Shown: positions 1-11,088, counted from the stretch's first letter. The stretch: DNA of 48,233 nt from Octopus bimaculoides (GCF_001194135.2 NC_068987.1:38314919-38363151), one strand, 5' to 3'. A program made the numbers and translations. The notes: generated by a model from the letters alone, not told the origin.

Positions 1-990
1 ATATATATAAAATTAAAGAGAGGAGAAAACAAATTCTAAGGCCGATGTAGATATTCATTCAATCCATATGAATGAAATTCTCCAAAGTATACAAGGTACA
101 TACATAGATGTAGTCATCTACATGATATATAAAAATTTCTTAGTATTTATAAATACATACATATACACGAAAATTTATAAATATATAAAAATTCATACAC
201 CTATAAAAAAAACTACAAACACATAAAAGTTCATAAATATAAATATATAAAAAGTGTAAGTCCATAAATGTACTTGTGAAGTCCAAATGAAGAGGGTGAT
301 AAAGCGGATGTAAAATAATTCATAAGGAGTCTGAAACATGTATAAAGCTATCTATAAAGTCTTATGGCTGTTTCGAAAAGATATAGGTCGCTATGGGTGA
401 GCTAACTCCAACCATAGTAATACTTTATATTTCTCTCATCAGAGTTTATAGAATCACAAGGTTAAAATTTTAAAGGAAAAGTGTGTTACATAAAAATCAA
501 ATGTTTGGTCTGACCATTATCTTCAGGCATATGATATTAATAAACACCATGTATAATAAGTATATTATGACTCTGGAAACATTGTAAAGTTTTGGAAGAG
601 TCCATAATATGTAGGAAGGCTAATCCTATATTTTAATTATTTTTGAAAAACTTAAACGTTGAAAGATATTTGTGTCTACAGGTAATTATAACATCAGATA
701 TTTTATTAAGTAAACTATTTTTGTTGGCTCAGAATATGTGGATCATCTCCTTCATGCATAAATCATAATTCTTCATGTGTGTATTATATGGTGTGGCTTC
801 CCTTATTATAGAACAATTCATACTAAATTCTTTGTTGTTCATTTTTAATCCATTGATGTAGGTTGTTAGTGTAGTTGAGTTTCTTTGTTTCGTGGTTAGT
901 GAACGAGTTTTTATGCACCCTATATCTACTTTTGAAGTCAATGGTACTACCTATGTAAATGTTTCTAGGTTCATCTAGGGTTGAAACTTC
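1..990 (-). mobile_element. Penelope-like element 3' part: frameshifted GIY-YIG endonuclease remnant (~729-990) plus downstream pseudo-LTR
   Basis: Minus strand reads NIYIGSTIDFKSRYRVHKNSF, then after a frameshift STTLTTYINGLK...IIREATPY...YDLCMKEM. This matches the PLE GIY-YIG pattern YIG.T..FK.RY..H..SF/T.LS.HIW.LK/C.LC..E. A hammerhead-like motif lies downstream. Confidence 0.8.
352..451 (-). ncRNA. Decayed type I hammerhead ribozyme motif with extended stem II in the PLE pseudo-LTR
   Basis: Minus strand: ctataaact-CTGATGA-long stem II (gagaa..ttttc, inner ctatgg/ccatag)-GAAAC-agcc-ATA-agactttatag. Stem I ctataaa/tttatag is visible. Confidence 0.6.
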
Positions 991-1014
991 AACCTATACG
1001 GTATTTCTCCTTAA

Positions 1015-1110
1015 GCAGAAAGCTTCAAGCAGACAAAATTCCCTCTATACAAGAAAGAATCAACAAGGAGAATCTTTTTATAGAGAAATTCCAAACACTT
1101 CTTAACATAC
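1015..1110 (+). pseudogene. Possible C-terminal end of a second, oppositely oriented PLE GIY-YIG ORF
   Basis: Plus strand reads KLQADKIPSIQERINKENLFIEKFQTLLN, resembling the R..KE..FI.KF.P.LN terminus of PLE endonucleases. Short and weak. Confidence 0.3.
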
Positions 1111-2072
1111 AAACCCCTCGGTGACCATATTCCCTTTTCTTGCCTACCCAATGAAATACATATAAATTTACTTCTTGTTTCTCTAAGAACAGACATAAAC
1201 TTCCTGCTGACAAAAAGTCCAGAAATCCAACTAAAGAGTATAAAACCCACAGAACTGTCTTCCCTTACACACACACTTTCTGTTTTGACACCACACTTCC
1301 TGCTTAACACATAAACTTTCAGCTTTTTTTTTTAAACACATCTCTTAATTCCATGCATCCTAATCTTTCCAACAATTATCTACATGGATTACCATTCAAC
1401 TTTAAAAGCTCAAAGACAATATAATGTATTGGTATATTTATTTTTTTATATATTATTTTCTATTTTTTGTAAAAAAACATTTTCATTCTGCCTCTTCTTG
1501 AAAATTTGCCATGCAATGAAATCCTGTTAGAAATCCTTTTTAATCCTCCTTATACACATCTATATTAAAATATGCTTTCAGTTTAGCATTCTGCCTTATT
1601 ATTTTTTATTTTCCTATTATTTCTCCACGTGCGGTTAACACAACCCCACCATTTACTGACTTATATATATATATATATATACACACAAAGATAATAACAT
1701 AAATAAGAATACACTTGGAGTTGTAAATACTTTTTTGTTGTGCAATTTAAGTTATGAATTGTTTGATATATATATCCTGCTCAGCAAACCCAATTCCCAA
1801 TCCATATCTCTCTGTCAGCCAACACTTAGTTTGTCATTCTGCCAAGCTTTTTCTTATTATCCCTATGTGACCCTACTGCTCCCCCTTCTATTCTGTCCTT
1901 TTACTTTTATTTATTTACTTATTCTTCTTTCTTCCACTGTTCTACATCATATTATACATGGCATGTATATTTTTGACAAAATACACAACAGAATAGCCAC
2001 AATTCTTACATTTGGTAACTCATACAATATATGATTTATTACTTACATCCGTTAATACTATACACTTCTGTA

Positions 2073-2512
2073 AGGTGGTAAGCTAGCAAAATTGTTACCT
2101 CATCAGGTTAAATGCTTAGCTGCATCTTGTCCATCTTTATGTTCTCAGTTCAAATTCCATTGAGATTGACTTTGCCTTTCATCTCCTTTTATCAAATAAA
2201 ATATTGGACATGGAGTTGTTGTCATTGACTTACCCTCTCCTTCAAAATTGCTGGCCTTGTACCAAAATTTTAAACCAATATTATACACTTCAATAAGGTG
2301 GTGAGCTGGAAGAACCATTAGCAAGCCAGGCAAAATGCTTAGCAGTATTTTGTTTGTCTTTATGTTCTCAGTTCAAATGCCACTGGGGTTGACTTTGCCT
2401 TTCATCCTTTCAGGTTGATGCAAATGAATACCAGTTGAGCCCTGAGGTCAATGTAATCAACTTACCCCCTTCTCAGAAATTGCTAGCCTTGTGCCAAAAT
2501 TGAAATGAATAC
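2073..2512 (+). mobile_element. Two tandem copies of tRNA-derived SINE family B (~2073-2282 and ~2296-2512)
   Basis: Shared head aaggtggtgagctggcagaa...aatgcttagc...gttcaaat (A/B-box-like) and body gactttgcctttcatcc. Homologous to 27627-27849 and the 41.8-43.4 kb array. Confidence 0.8.
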
Positions 2513-3559
2513 TATACACTTCAGCTTGTCACTGTGCTACTATCTTCAATGGTAAGGGCATGCCCCTACATTAATATCCAATCATATTGCTCTAACACTG
2601 CTATTTATTCCATTTCTCATTAACGGTAATTTATTGTCATCCATCCCATTTCATTCCAATATACTTCACATATTACTTTATCACTCTGCCTTTTATGCCT
2701 TACCAGATATGTGAAGTGTATGTGTGTGTACATTAATATATATACATATATATCAGGGTATCTCTGTGTGTGTGAAAACACATATCTCTTTATTTGATCA
2801 TTTTTACTGTTGGTTCTATATTTCATAAGAAAGAAGACAGGTCAATTGCTGACTAGAGACAACTGTAGCCACAACACCAAGAAAAAATCAAAAGTGGGCC
2901 GAGTGATATATTGCTAATTGTCAGTTGATAGCACTGAATTGAGAAATCTTAAAATTCTTAGTAGAGTTTGAAAAGCAACTGGTGTAAACAGGTACTACAT
3001 GATTGTTGTCCGGGACCAAGGTAGATCTTTTTGTTTAGACTTTGAGAATACAGTAGAATCTTGGGAACCTACATTAGAATTGGTAGGCCCAGAGGAATCA
3101 TCTGAGAACTTTCTATTGCCTACATTGAACATTTCTGTTGAGTTGGCTAAGTAAATGTAGCTCTCAAATTGGATTGATGACAAGGCTTACTCTGCTGTAC
3201 CTGACAATGAACAAAACAGAATTACTACACAATAGGTTCGTACAGAAAAAACTTGTAGGTTATCAAAGCTAAACTTGAAGTTAAAGGATTTCAAGGTGAA
3301 GATGCTATGTTTGTCAGGGCTTTAGAGTTTTCTTAGCTATAATTGCCTCAAGTGGATGGTCCTGCAATTCTCTGGACATTAAAACAGATTTGCTTCTAGG
3401 TAAAGAAATAGATAGACCCATTTATCAGTTGTTGCCATCTGAGGCTAAAAATGACAATGGCAAACTATGGAGCTCTCTAAGTATGGTTTGAACTATGTTT
3501 CTAGGTCCTTGTATTTTACTATGAAGAGTGAGTTACATAAACTGGGAGCTGAGGTGTCT

Positions 3560-4330
3560 AAATATTATCAAGATGCTTTATCATCTCCAGATATGTAAAT
3601 GGGCACACCCTAGGCAGGCTCTCGGAAAAAAAACCTCATCCACATCTTTAGCTCTCCAGAGTTCAAGGTTACCATAGAGACTAAACTAACCATAGTTAAT
3701 TTAATAGACATAACACTTGCTTTAGGCACAGGTCCATACAAGCCTTACCACAAACTAAACGAGAAGCTATTGTACATTAACACAGCTTCCTACCATACTG
3801 CTAAAGTGTTTAAAAAATTTATAAAAGATGTCACCAAAGAGGATCTCAATCCCATCTTCCAATAAGGATGTCTTCAATGCAGTAACCTGCTCCTATAATG
3901 AGGCTTTGATAGCTAATGGGTTGAAAGACTATTATTTGCAAGCCCATCCCCAACACCCTAAGAGAAAATTCTGCCACAGTCATTTGGTTTGCCTCTACCA
4001 TTCTCACTTAGTGTGAAAACCTGCATATGTAGAATTTTTCTCAGGTGAGGGGATAATCATTTTATGTAGGGCGATACATATATAGGAAAATATTCAATAG
4101 ACATAACTTAAGGGTCTTGGTCAGTTGTGCACCTAGCATTAAAAATGTTAGTTAAACCACAGGCAGGTGTAGGATGCACATGAAAAGTTTACAGTGAACA
4201 CCCAGTAGATGGCATATACTGAAATACATCAAGGCAATAGACAGCCCCTTTAAGGCTTGGTTGAATAAGCACCAATCCCCACACCTGATGAAGGCTGGAG
4301 GGTATATCAGCCGAAACATTGTGTTGAGAA
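3560..4330 (+). mobile_element. Penelope-like element remnant: RT C-terminal/linker region, internally deleted, ending in pseudo-LTR
   Basis: Reads FKVTIETKLTIVNLIDITL..GPYKPYHKLNEKLLYIN..S.H, then RISIPSSNKDVFN..YNEAL..NG, then WF../PFSLSVKT.I.RIFL. These are typical PLE thumb and linker motifs, frameshifted. Confidence 0.8.
4281..4324 (+). ncRNA. Minimal type I hammerhead ribozyme motif (PLE-type)
   Basis: acac-CTGATGA-a-ggctg/gagggtatat/cagcc-GAAAC-ATT-gtgt: stem I acac/gtgt, stem II ggctg/cagcc, core intact except at the 16.2 position. Confidence 0.75.
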
Positions 4331-4351
4331 CAAATATCCGTATATATATAT

Positions 4352-4627
4352 AGGCACAGGTGTGGCTGTGTGGTAAGAAGCTTGCTTCCCAACCACATGG
4401 TTCCAGGTTCAGCCACACTGCATGGCACCTTAAGCAAGTGTCTTCTACTATAGGCNNNNNNNNNNGACAGCCGATATTGGTGTGTTTACGTCTCCATAAC
4501 TTAGCGGTTAGGAAAAAGAGACTGATGAAATAAGTACTAGGCTTACAAAGAATAAGTCCTGGGGTTGATTTCTTCGACTAGGCCACAGTCAAATGACTGA
4601 AACAAATAAAAAGAAATAAAAGAATAT
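4352..4627 (+). mobile_element. tRNA-derived SINE family A (contains a 10-N gap at 4456-4465)
   Basis: Head tggctgtgtggtaagaagcttgcttcccaaccacatggttccaggttcagcc (A/B boxes), CORE-like ggcacc..agcaagtgtcttct, tail gactgaaacaaataaaaagaaata. Confidence 0.85.
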
Positions 4628-4738
4628 ATATATACACAGACATAGCTTACATACTATACCTGTGGTTAACACCAATCCAGGAAGATTTACTCTTTGGTCA
4701 TGAAAAGTTGCAGCTTTCACTTTTTATGTTCCTCTATA

Positions 4739-5159
4739 TTAAGTTGTCCAGAAAGTTCTGAGCTTTTTTTAATATATAAAAAGGGATATAAATAATTGAC
4801 CTTTCAATAAATTTTATTCAGTGAAATAATTTCCATTATCATTAATGTCTTTTGCCCATTTATCAGGCAATTTAAATATTCCATCAGCATAAAGTTTAAC
4901 TGGTTTTGAAGAAAAAAAAGTTATCTAGATGCATTTTGATTCTATTTAAATCATTAAATGTTTTTCTTTGCAAATAGTTTTGTAGAGACAAAAGCAAGTG
5001 GTAGTCAGATGGCATATCAGGAGAATATGGTGGATGGTATAAGAGATCTCAGCCAAGTTCATGTAACTTTGTTCGGGTAGCCAAAGATACATGTAGTCAA
5101 ACATTGTCTTGTTGGAACACTACCCCTTTCCTGTTGGCAATCTTGAGCCACAAACCTTC

Positions 5160-5202
<43 letters not shown>

Positions 5203-6011
5203 CAAATTAGCCAGCTGACTACAGTATACATCAGAATTAATAAATAATTTCTTTATGATCCCACCAAACACAAAGCATAGCTCTTTTGGCATGGATATTT
5301 GTCTTTAGTTGCTATTTTGGAGAATCCTTACACAAACTCTTTTTCGCACTACATTTTCATACACAATCCATTTTCCATCTCTAGTTACAAGTTGTTTCAA
5401 AAATGGCATGCTTTCATTCCATTTCAAAAGTATGTCACAAATGGAATACTGGTCCAAGCAATTCTTTTCTCAGAGTTTGTGAGGGACCCATACATTATAG
5501 AGAGAAATGTATCTTAGCTTCACTAGATGTTCATGAGCTGTACTTTTAGAAACTTCCAACTCCTCTGCAAGTTCTCTAGTTGTGATATTTCAGTTTGCAA
5601 TTTTTTGCCTTCAAAACATCTTCATCCAATTTTGAAGGTCTTCCACTGCAATTGTCATCTTCCAAGCTAAACTCTCCAGCTTTAAATTTTGCAAACCACC
5701 TTCAAACAGTTGATTCACTTACAGTATCATCACCATAAGCTTCACAAATGTCTTTGAAAGTCTTTGCAGCATGTTCTCCTTTTTTAAAAAAGAAAAGCAT
5801 TACGTTAATATGAATTTTTTGGTTATCCATTCCAAATGTCAATAAAGGGTAACCACCAAAAAGATAAATCTATTTTTTGTCAGGAACAAAGAAGAAATCC
5901 ACTACCACTTCAAGCAATGCCCAAGTTTTAACTTTGCTACATTTCAGGTATGTTCAATGAAGCATTAAATGGTTTAGCTTAAAAACGCTCAGAACTTTCC
6001 AGACAACCTAA
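4739..6011 (-). mobile_element. mariner (DD34D-type) DNA transposon, full length and decayed
   Basis: 31-bp TIRs (4739-4769 and 5981-6011, 27/31 match) flanked by TA at 4737-4738 and 6012-6013. Minus strand encodes MDNQKIHI..HTH, WFAKFKAG.FSLEDD..SGRP, VFQQDN and HPPYSPD.PSDY, with stops and frameshifts. Confidence 0.92.
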
Positions 6012-6202
6012 TAGTTCCAATGTTGTTGCTATTACTGATCCAATCTAGAGTCTAAATACCTTCAGCATAAAAAAAATGCTATGTACTGCTGGCCAGCGTG
6101 GCTGAGGAATCACCAATATTGCTTCTGGCAATATTCAGAACAATACAAAAATTCATGCATACACACATAGCTGTATGCATATATATATATATATATATAT
6201 AT

Positions 6203-9200
6203 TATCATCATCATCATCATCATCATCGTTTAATGTCTGCCTTCCATGCTGGAATGGATGGGACTCATCATAATCATTTAACTTCTGCTTTCATGTCATC
6301 ATCATCATCGTTTAACGTCTGCTTTCCATGTTGGCATGGAAAGGACTGGCGAGCCAGATGGCTCCACCAGGCTCCAATCTGATCTGGCAGAGTTTCTACA
6401 GCTGGATGCCCTTCCTAACGCCAACCACTCCCAGAGTGTAGTGGGTGCTTTTACGTGCCACTGGCACGAGGGNNNNNNNNNNTGGATGCCCTTCCTAACG
6501 CCAACCACTCCCAGAGTGTAGTGGGTGCTTTTACGTGCCACTGGCACGAGGGCCAGTCAGGCAGTACTGGCAATGGCCACGCTCAAATGGTGTTTTTTAC
6601 AGCCACTTGCACAGGAGCCAGTCCAGCAGCCCTGGCAACGACTTCACTTGAATGTTGTTTTTTACGTGCCACCTGCACAAATGTCAGTAAGGCAACGCTG
6701 GTAACGATCATGCTCGAATGGTGCTTTTTATGTGCCACTGGTACGGAAGCCAGTCAGCAGCCCTGGCAACGATCATGCTCAGATGGTGCTCTTAGCACTC
6801 CACTTGTATGGATGCCACTCATGTGGTACTATGATCAGCCACATTAGTTAATTTGATTTCGATTTCACTTACCTCAACAGGTCTTCGCAAGCAGAGTTTA
6901 GTGTCCAATGAAAGAAAGGTACGCATAAGTGGGTCTTCTCAAGCACAGCCTATTTCCAAAGGTCTTGGTCACTAGTCATTGCCTTAGTGAGGCCTAATGT
7001 TCGAAGGTCTTGCTTCACCACCTCATCCCAGGTCTTCTTGAGTCTACCTCTTCTACAGGTTCCCTCAACCGCTAGGGTGTGACACTTTTTCACACAGCTA
7101 TCCTCATCCATTCTCACCACATGACCATACCAGCGTAGTCGTCTCTCTTGCACACCACAACTGATGCTTCTTAGTTCCAACTTTTCTCTCAAGGCACTTA
7201 CACTCTATTGCGTATGCACACTGACATTACACATCCAGCGGAGCATACTGGCTTCATTCCTTGTTAGCTTACACATGTCCTCAGCAGTCACGGCCTATGT
7301 TTTACTGCCATGTAGCATGGCTGTTCGTACACATGCGTCATACAGTCTACCTTTTACTCTAAGTGAGAGGCCCTTTGTCACCAGCAGAGGTAGGAGCTCC
7401 CTGAACTTTGCCCAGGCTATTCTTATTCTAACAGTTACACTTTCAGAGCAGCCATCCCTACTACTGACTTGGTCACCTAGGTAATGGAAGCTATCAACTA
7501 CATCTAGTTTTTCACCCTGGAATGTAGCTGAAGTTATTCTCTGCACGTTTTCAGTGTTTATTGCTCCTAAGTGTCTGCCACATACAAAAACTATCTTCCC
7601 AGTTAGCCTTCCTTTGATATTGCTGCTCTTATGTGTCCATAGCTTACACTGGGTAAGCTATAAGTATCTTATAGAGTTTCTGCCTACAGATTGAGGTAGA
7701 AACCCTGATCTGTAGATAGAAACCTCAATCTTTTTTACAGATCGAGCAGGGCCATCTACCTGAAGGGATTTGTGGTTTGTCTACCTTCCTACTTACTAAG
7801 ATTTTGATTTTAGCTAGGTTGACTCTAAGGCCCTTCGATTCTTATCCTTGCTTCCACACCTAGAACTTCTCTAGCTCTGATAGTGACTCAGCAATTCAAG
7901 CAAGGTCATCAGCATAGAGGAGCTCCCAGAGGCATCCTGTCTTGAATTCCTCTGTTATTGCCTGGAGGACTATGATAAATAGGAGGGGGCTGAGGACTGA
8001 ACCTTGGTNNNNNNNNNNTTGAATTCCTCTGTTATTGCCTGGAGGACTATGATAAATAGGAGGGGGCTGAGGACTGAACCTTGGTGGACCCCTACCTCTA
8101 CCCGGAATTCTTCACTGTACTCTTTGCCAACCCCCACCTTACTGACAGCGTCACTGTACATGGCTTGCATGGCTCTCACTAACCATTCATCTATCCCTAG
8201 TTTCCTCATTGACCACCAGATAAGGGATTGGGGGACCGTATCAAAGGCCTTCTCCATGTCAACGAAAGTCAGGTACAGGAGTTTATCTTTGGTTAGGTAT
8301 TTCTCCTGTAGCTGTCTTATCAGAAATATAGCATCAGTGGTGCTTTTCTATGGCACAAACCCAAACTGCATCTCATCTAAACTGACTCTCCCCTAATTAG
8401 TTGGACTATAATCCTCTCCGTGATTTTCATTACCTGATCCAACAACTTGATACCTCTGTAATTATTTGTATCTAAAGCGTCACCTTTACCTTTGTAGCAG
8501 TTGACTATGGTGCTGCTATACCAGTCATTGGGTATGACTCCTTTGTGTATCACCTGGTTCGTAATACGGGTGACTAGACTATAGCCGACACTGCCAGATA
8601 TTTTGAGCATCACGGCAGTGATTCCTGATTGGCTGGGGGCTTTTCCTGTCTTCATACCCTTAATTGCTTTATCTACCAAGGCACTGTTAATTCGGATAGC
8701 TGGTCCCTTTGTTGGGTCAGCATTCAGCAGGCTCTCTTTCTCCCATTCATTCTCTTTATTTTAGCAGCCTTTCATAGTGGCGTCTCCAAACCCCTCTCTT
8801 TGCAGCCTCATTTAATGCAAGTGAACTATCATCCATGCGGACACATTTCTCTCCTACAACATCACGATTCTCTCTCACACAGTGTCTTGCAACACGAAGT
8901 CTTTGGTCCTCACAGTGCAGAATATTGGGAAATTTTTTCTTATCTGCTTCCCTCTGGCTAAATAAACCTATCTCCTCGCTTCCCTTCTGGCAGTTTGCTA
9001 CCATTCCATTCTACCACCGTTCTTCCAGTCCATCCAAGACTGTTTCTTTTCCCTAATGGCCCTGTCAACAACATTGTTCCACCACCACATTATCTTGGAT
9101 TGAGAGGGGGACTTTGCACCATCCACAGATCTGGTCCACAGCCCTCAGAAGGTTGTCCCGTAGAAACCTCCAGTTGTCTTCCATATCATGTGATGCTATA

Positions 9201-9810
9201 TCCCCCTCTATTTCGTCAAAAGCTTTGAGTAATACATCTCTGAATCTCTGCCCATTTGCAGGATCTTTAAGCTTCCAAACCCTTCTCCATGCTGCTCGTC
9301 TTCTGGGCATCTATTTAGCCCTGATCCTGAAGTCGCTAACTACTAGTCTATGTTGTGAGGTACATTCTTTGCCTGGGAAGGTTTTGGCATTTATAAGTAG
9401 ACATCTTTCCCTTTTCCTGGTAAGGATGTAGTCAATTTGAATAGTGTGACTACCAGATCGGTAGGTGACTAGGTGGCTGGTAGGTTTCCTGAAGTTGGTA
9501 TTGTAAACCAGAAGGTCATTTGCATCGCAGAACTCCAGCAGCCTAGTTCCCTCCTCATTGCGGGAACCAAAACCATAGCCTCCATGTATGCCTTGGAAGC
9601 TTCCTGCATGTTGTCCAACATGTCTATTGAAATCACCAGCCACAAAGAGAAGGTCCCTGTCATTCGTCAACGAAGTAGTCAGCAAGAGGGTATCATAAAA
9701 TCAGTCTTTCTGTCCATCAGGTAGCCCCGGCTGAATGGCATAGGCTGAGATAATGGTTGCTAACCCACAATGTAGCACTAATCTAATCTTATGTATTCTT
9801 TCACAGACTC
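6203..9810 (-). mobile_element. RTE-clade LINE, 5'-truncated and pseudogenised (APE endonuclease ~9310-9800, RT ~7300-8700, 3' UTR, (GAT)n tail)
   Basis: APE motifs GDFN and IDYIL..SQHRLV; RT motifs NYRGIKLLD, EKAFD.VP, GVHQGSVLSPLLF and YADD at 7905-7916; C-terminal RRLRWYGHV..GRLKKTW; tail ..cgttaaacgatgatgat. Confidence 0.95.
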
Positions 9811-10036
9811 TGACTATCATGATTATATATATGTGAATGTTGAACAATGAAAATGAGTGCCCAACACTGCATTGGTGGATATAATTTCTTTATATGTGAA
9901 TTGAGGCTACCATTGGTTTCATGATAAGAAAAGTAGGAAAATATCCCAGTGTCTTAAAAATTTTTCTAGCCGATCACAGGAAGAAAGGTGTTCACCTCCA
10001 ATTTGGAAAACAGTCTCGTGTAGTTCATTGGGGTTT

Positions 10037-10220
10037 CTTTAGGTTAAAATATGTTTGTGACATATTTCAACTTCTAAAAGCAAATTCACTGCAGTTACCA
10101 TGGTGAAAAGATCCTCTCTTATAGTAAAATGTACAACACTGGGAAGATATGACCATATCTGTCCAGTGTTGCCGTCTATTGGATTCTCAGACACATGGTT
10201 TTTAGCTCTTTAGCCGTAAT
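10037..10220. repeat. Partial inverted copy of the neighbouring MITE-like element
   Basis: Aligns to the reverse complement of ~10440-10620 (ctttaggtt..catatttcaacttctaaaagcaaattcactgcagttac..ttggattc..tagctcttt). Confidence 0.7.
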
Positions 10221-10337
10221 CAATGGGAAATACCTAAGCTGATTTAGAGTTGTAGCTTTAACTAAAATACAGTCAACAACACTGAAAAAGTTGCTTTATT
10301 GGACCGCCAGGTTGGGAGAAATTCAGCAGTATCATCA

Positions 10338-10643
10338 CCAAGCAGTGTTTAGGCATAAACAAACTTTAGGTTAGTTGAAATGTGTTTGACATATTCCAAC
10401 TTCTAAATGCAAATTCATTGCAGTTACCATGGAGAATTCATAACAGCCAAAGAGCTAGAAAAGCTGCATCTTGGAATCCAACACAGGACAACACTGAGCA
10501 AATATGGTGTTTTTACACTTTTCACCATAAGACAGAATCTTTTTCTCGACAGTAACTGCAGTGAATTTGCTTTTAGAAGTTGAAATATGTGACAGACATA
10601 TTTTAACTAACCTAAAGTTTGCTTATGCTTAAACACTGCTTGG
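10338..10643. mobile_element. ~306-bp MITE-like foldback element with ~95-bp terminal inverted repeats
   Basis: 10338-10432 (ccaagcagtgtttaggcataaacaaactttaggttag...) is the reverse complement of ~10552-10643. No ORF and no clear TSD. Confidence 0.6.
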
Positions 10644-10648
10644 CACTG

Positions 10649-11077
10649 TGGCGATAACTATTAATATCCAGTACCGCTGCTGTCATCTCCTTTAGAGAGA
10701 CTAAGAAATATTAATATTTCTATTTTTGAAAATCAGTGGATGTATTCCACTGAATTTAGGTAAATAATCCTTCGTACAGACGCTCAGTAGCGACACCTGC
10801 TGGGTTCGGCTGCTCTACATTGATAAGAGGCAATATTCGAAACTAGTCTGTAGATGCCAGACCAGCAAGGGAAAGTGGCTGACCTCCCCTGTTCAAAGGT
10901 TATAATGGACACAGGTTCGTGTGTCACATAGCTAGCTAGAGGCGATGGCCTCTTGGAGCTTATCAATGGCAGCATTCATCCTATTTTTTGGACTGCCATG
11001 TTGGCTTGGCGATAACTATTAATATCCAGTACCGCTGTCGTAGTATCCTTTAGATAGACTTACAAATATTAATATTT
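10649..11077 (+). mobile_element. Retrozyme-like unit: 358-bp period, 71-bp direct repeats, one hammerhead
   Basis: 10649-10719 repeats at 11007-11077 (first 31 bp identical, offset exactly 358). The interior is CpG-rich and hairpin-rich and carries a hammerhead. An RTE tail truncates it at ~11089. Confidence 0.65.
10796..10870 (+). ncRNA. Type I hammerhead ribozyme with U3-A8 variant core; predicted cleavage after GUC at 10848
   Basis: TCTACA(10814-19)-TTGATAA-GAG/GCAATA/TTC-GAAAC-TA-GTC-TGTAGA(10849-54). Stem I extends beyond an internal loop (cctgctgggttcggc/gccagaccagcaagg). Confidence 0.75.
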
Positions 11078-11088
11078 ATATTTATATA

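Noticed and set aside
500-526. CTGAAGA followed by a short tggt/acca stem on the minus strand
   Set aside because: No GAAA and no stem I partner; at best a heavily decayed hammerhead.
6403-6552. 70-bp direct duplication around a 10-N gap
   Set aside because: Identical sequence on both sides of a placeholder gap indicates unmerged contig overlap, not a biological repeat.
7942-8088. ~67-bp duplication in the RTE RT around a 10-N gap
   Set aside because: Same assembly artefact.
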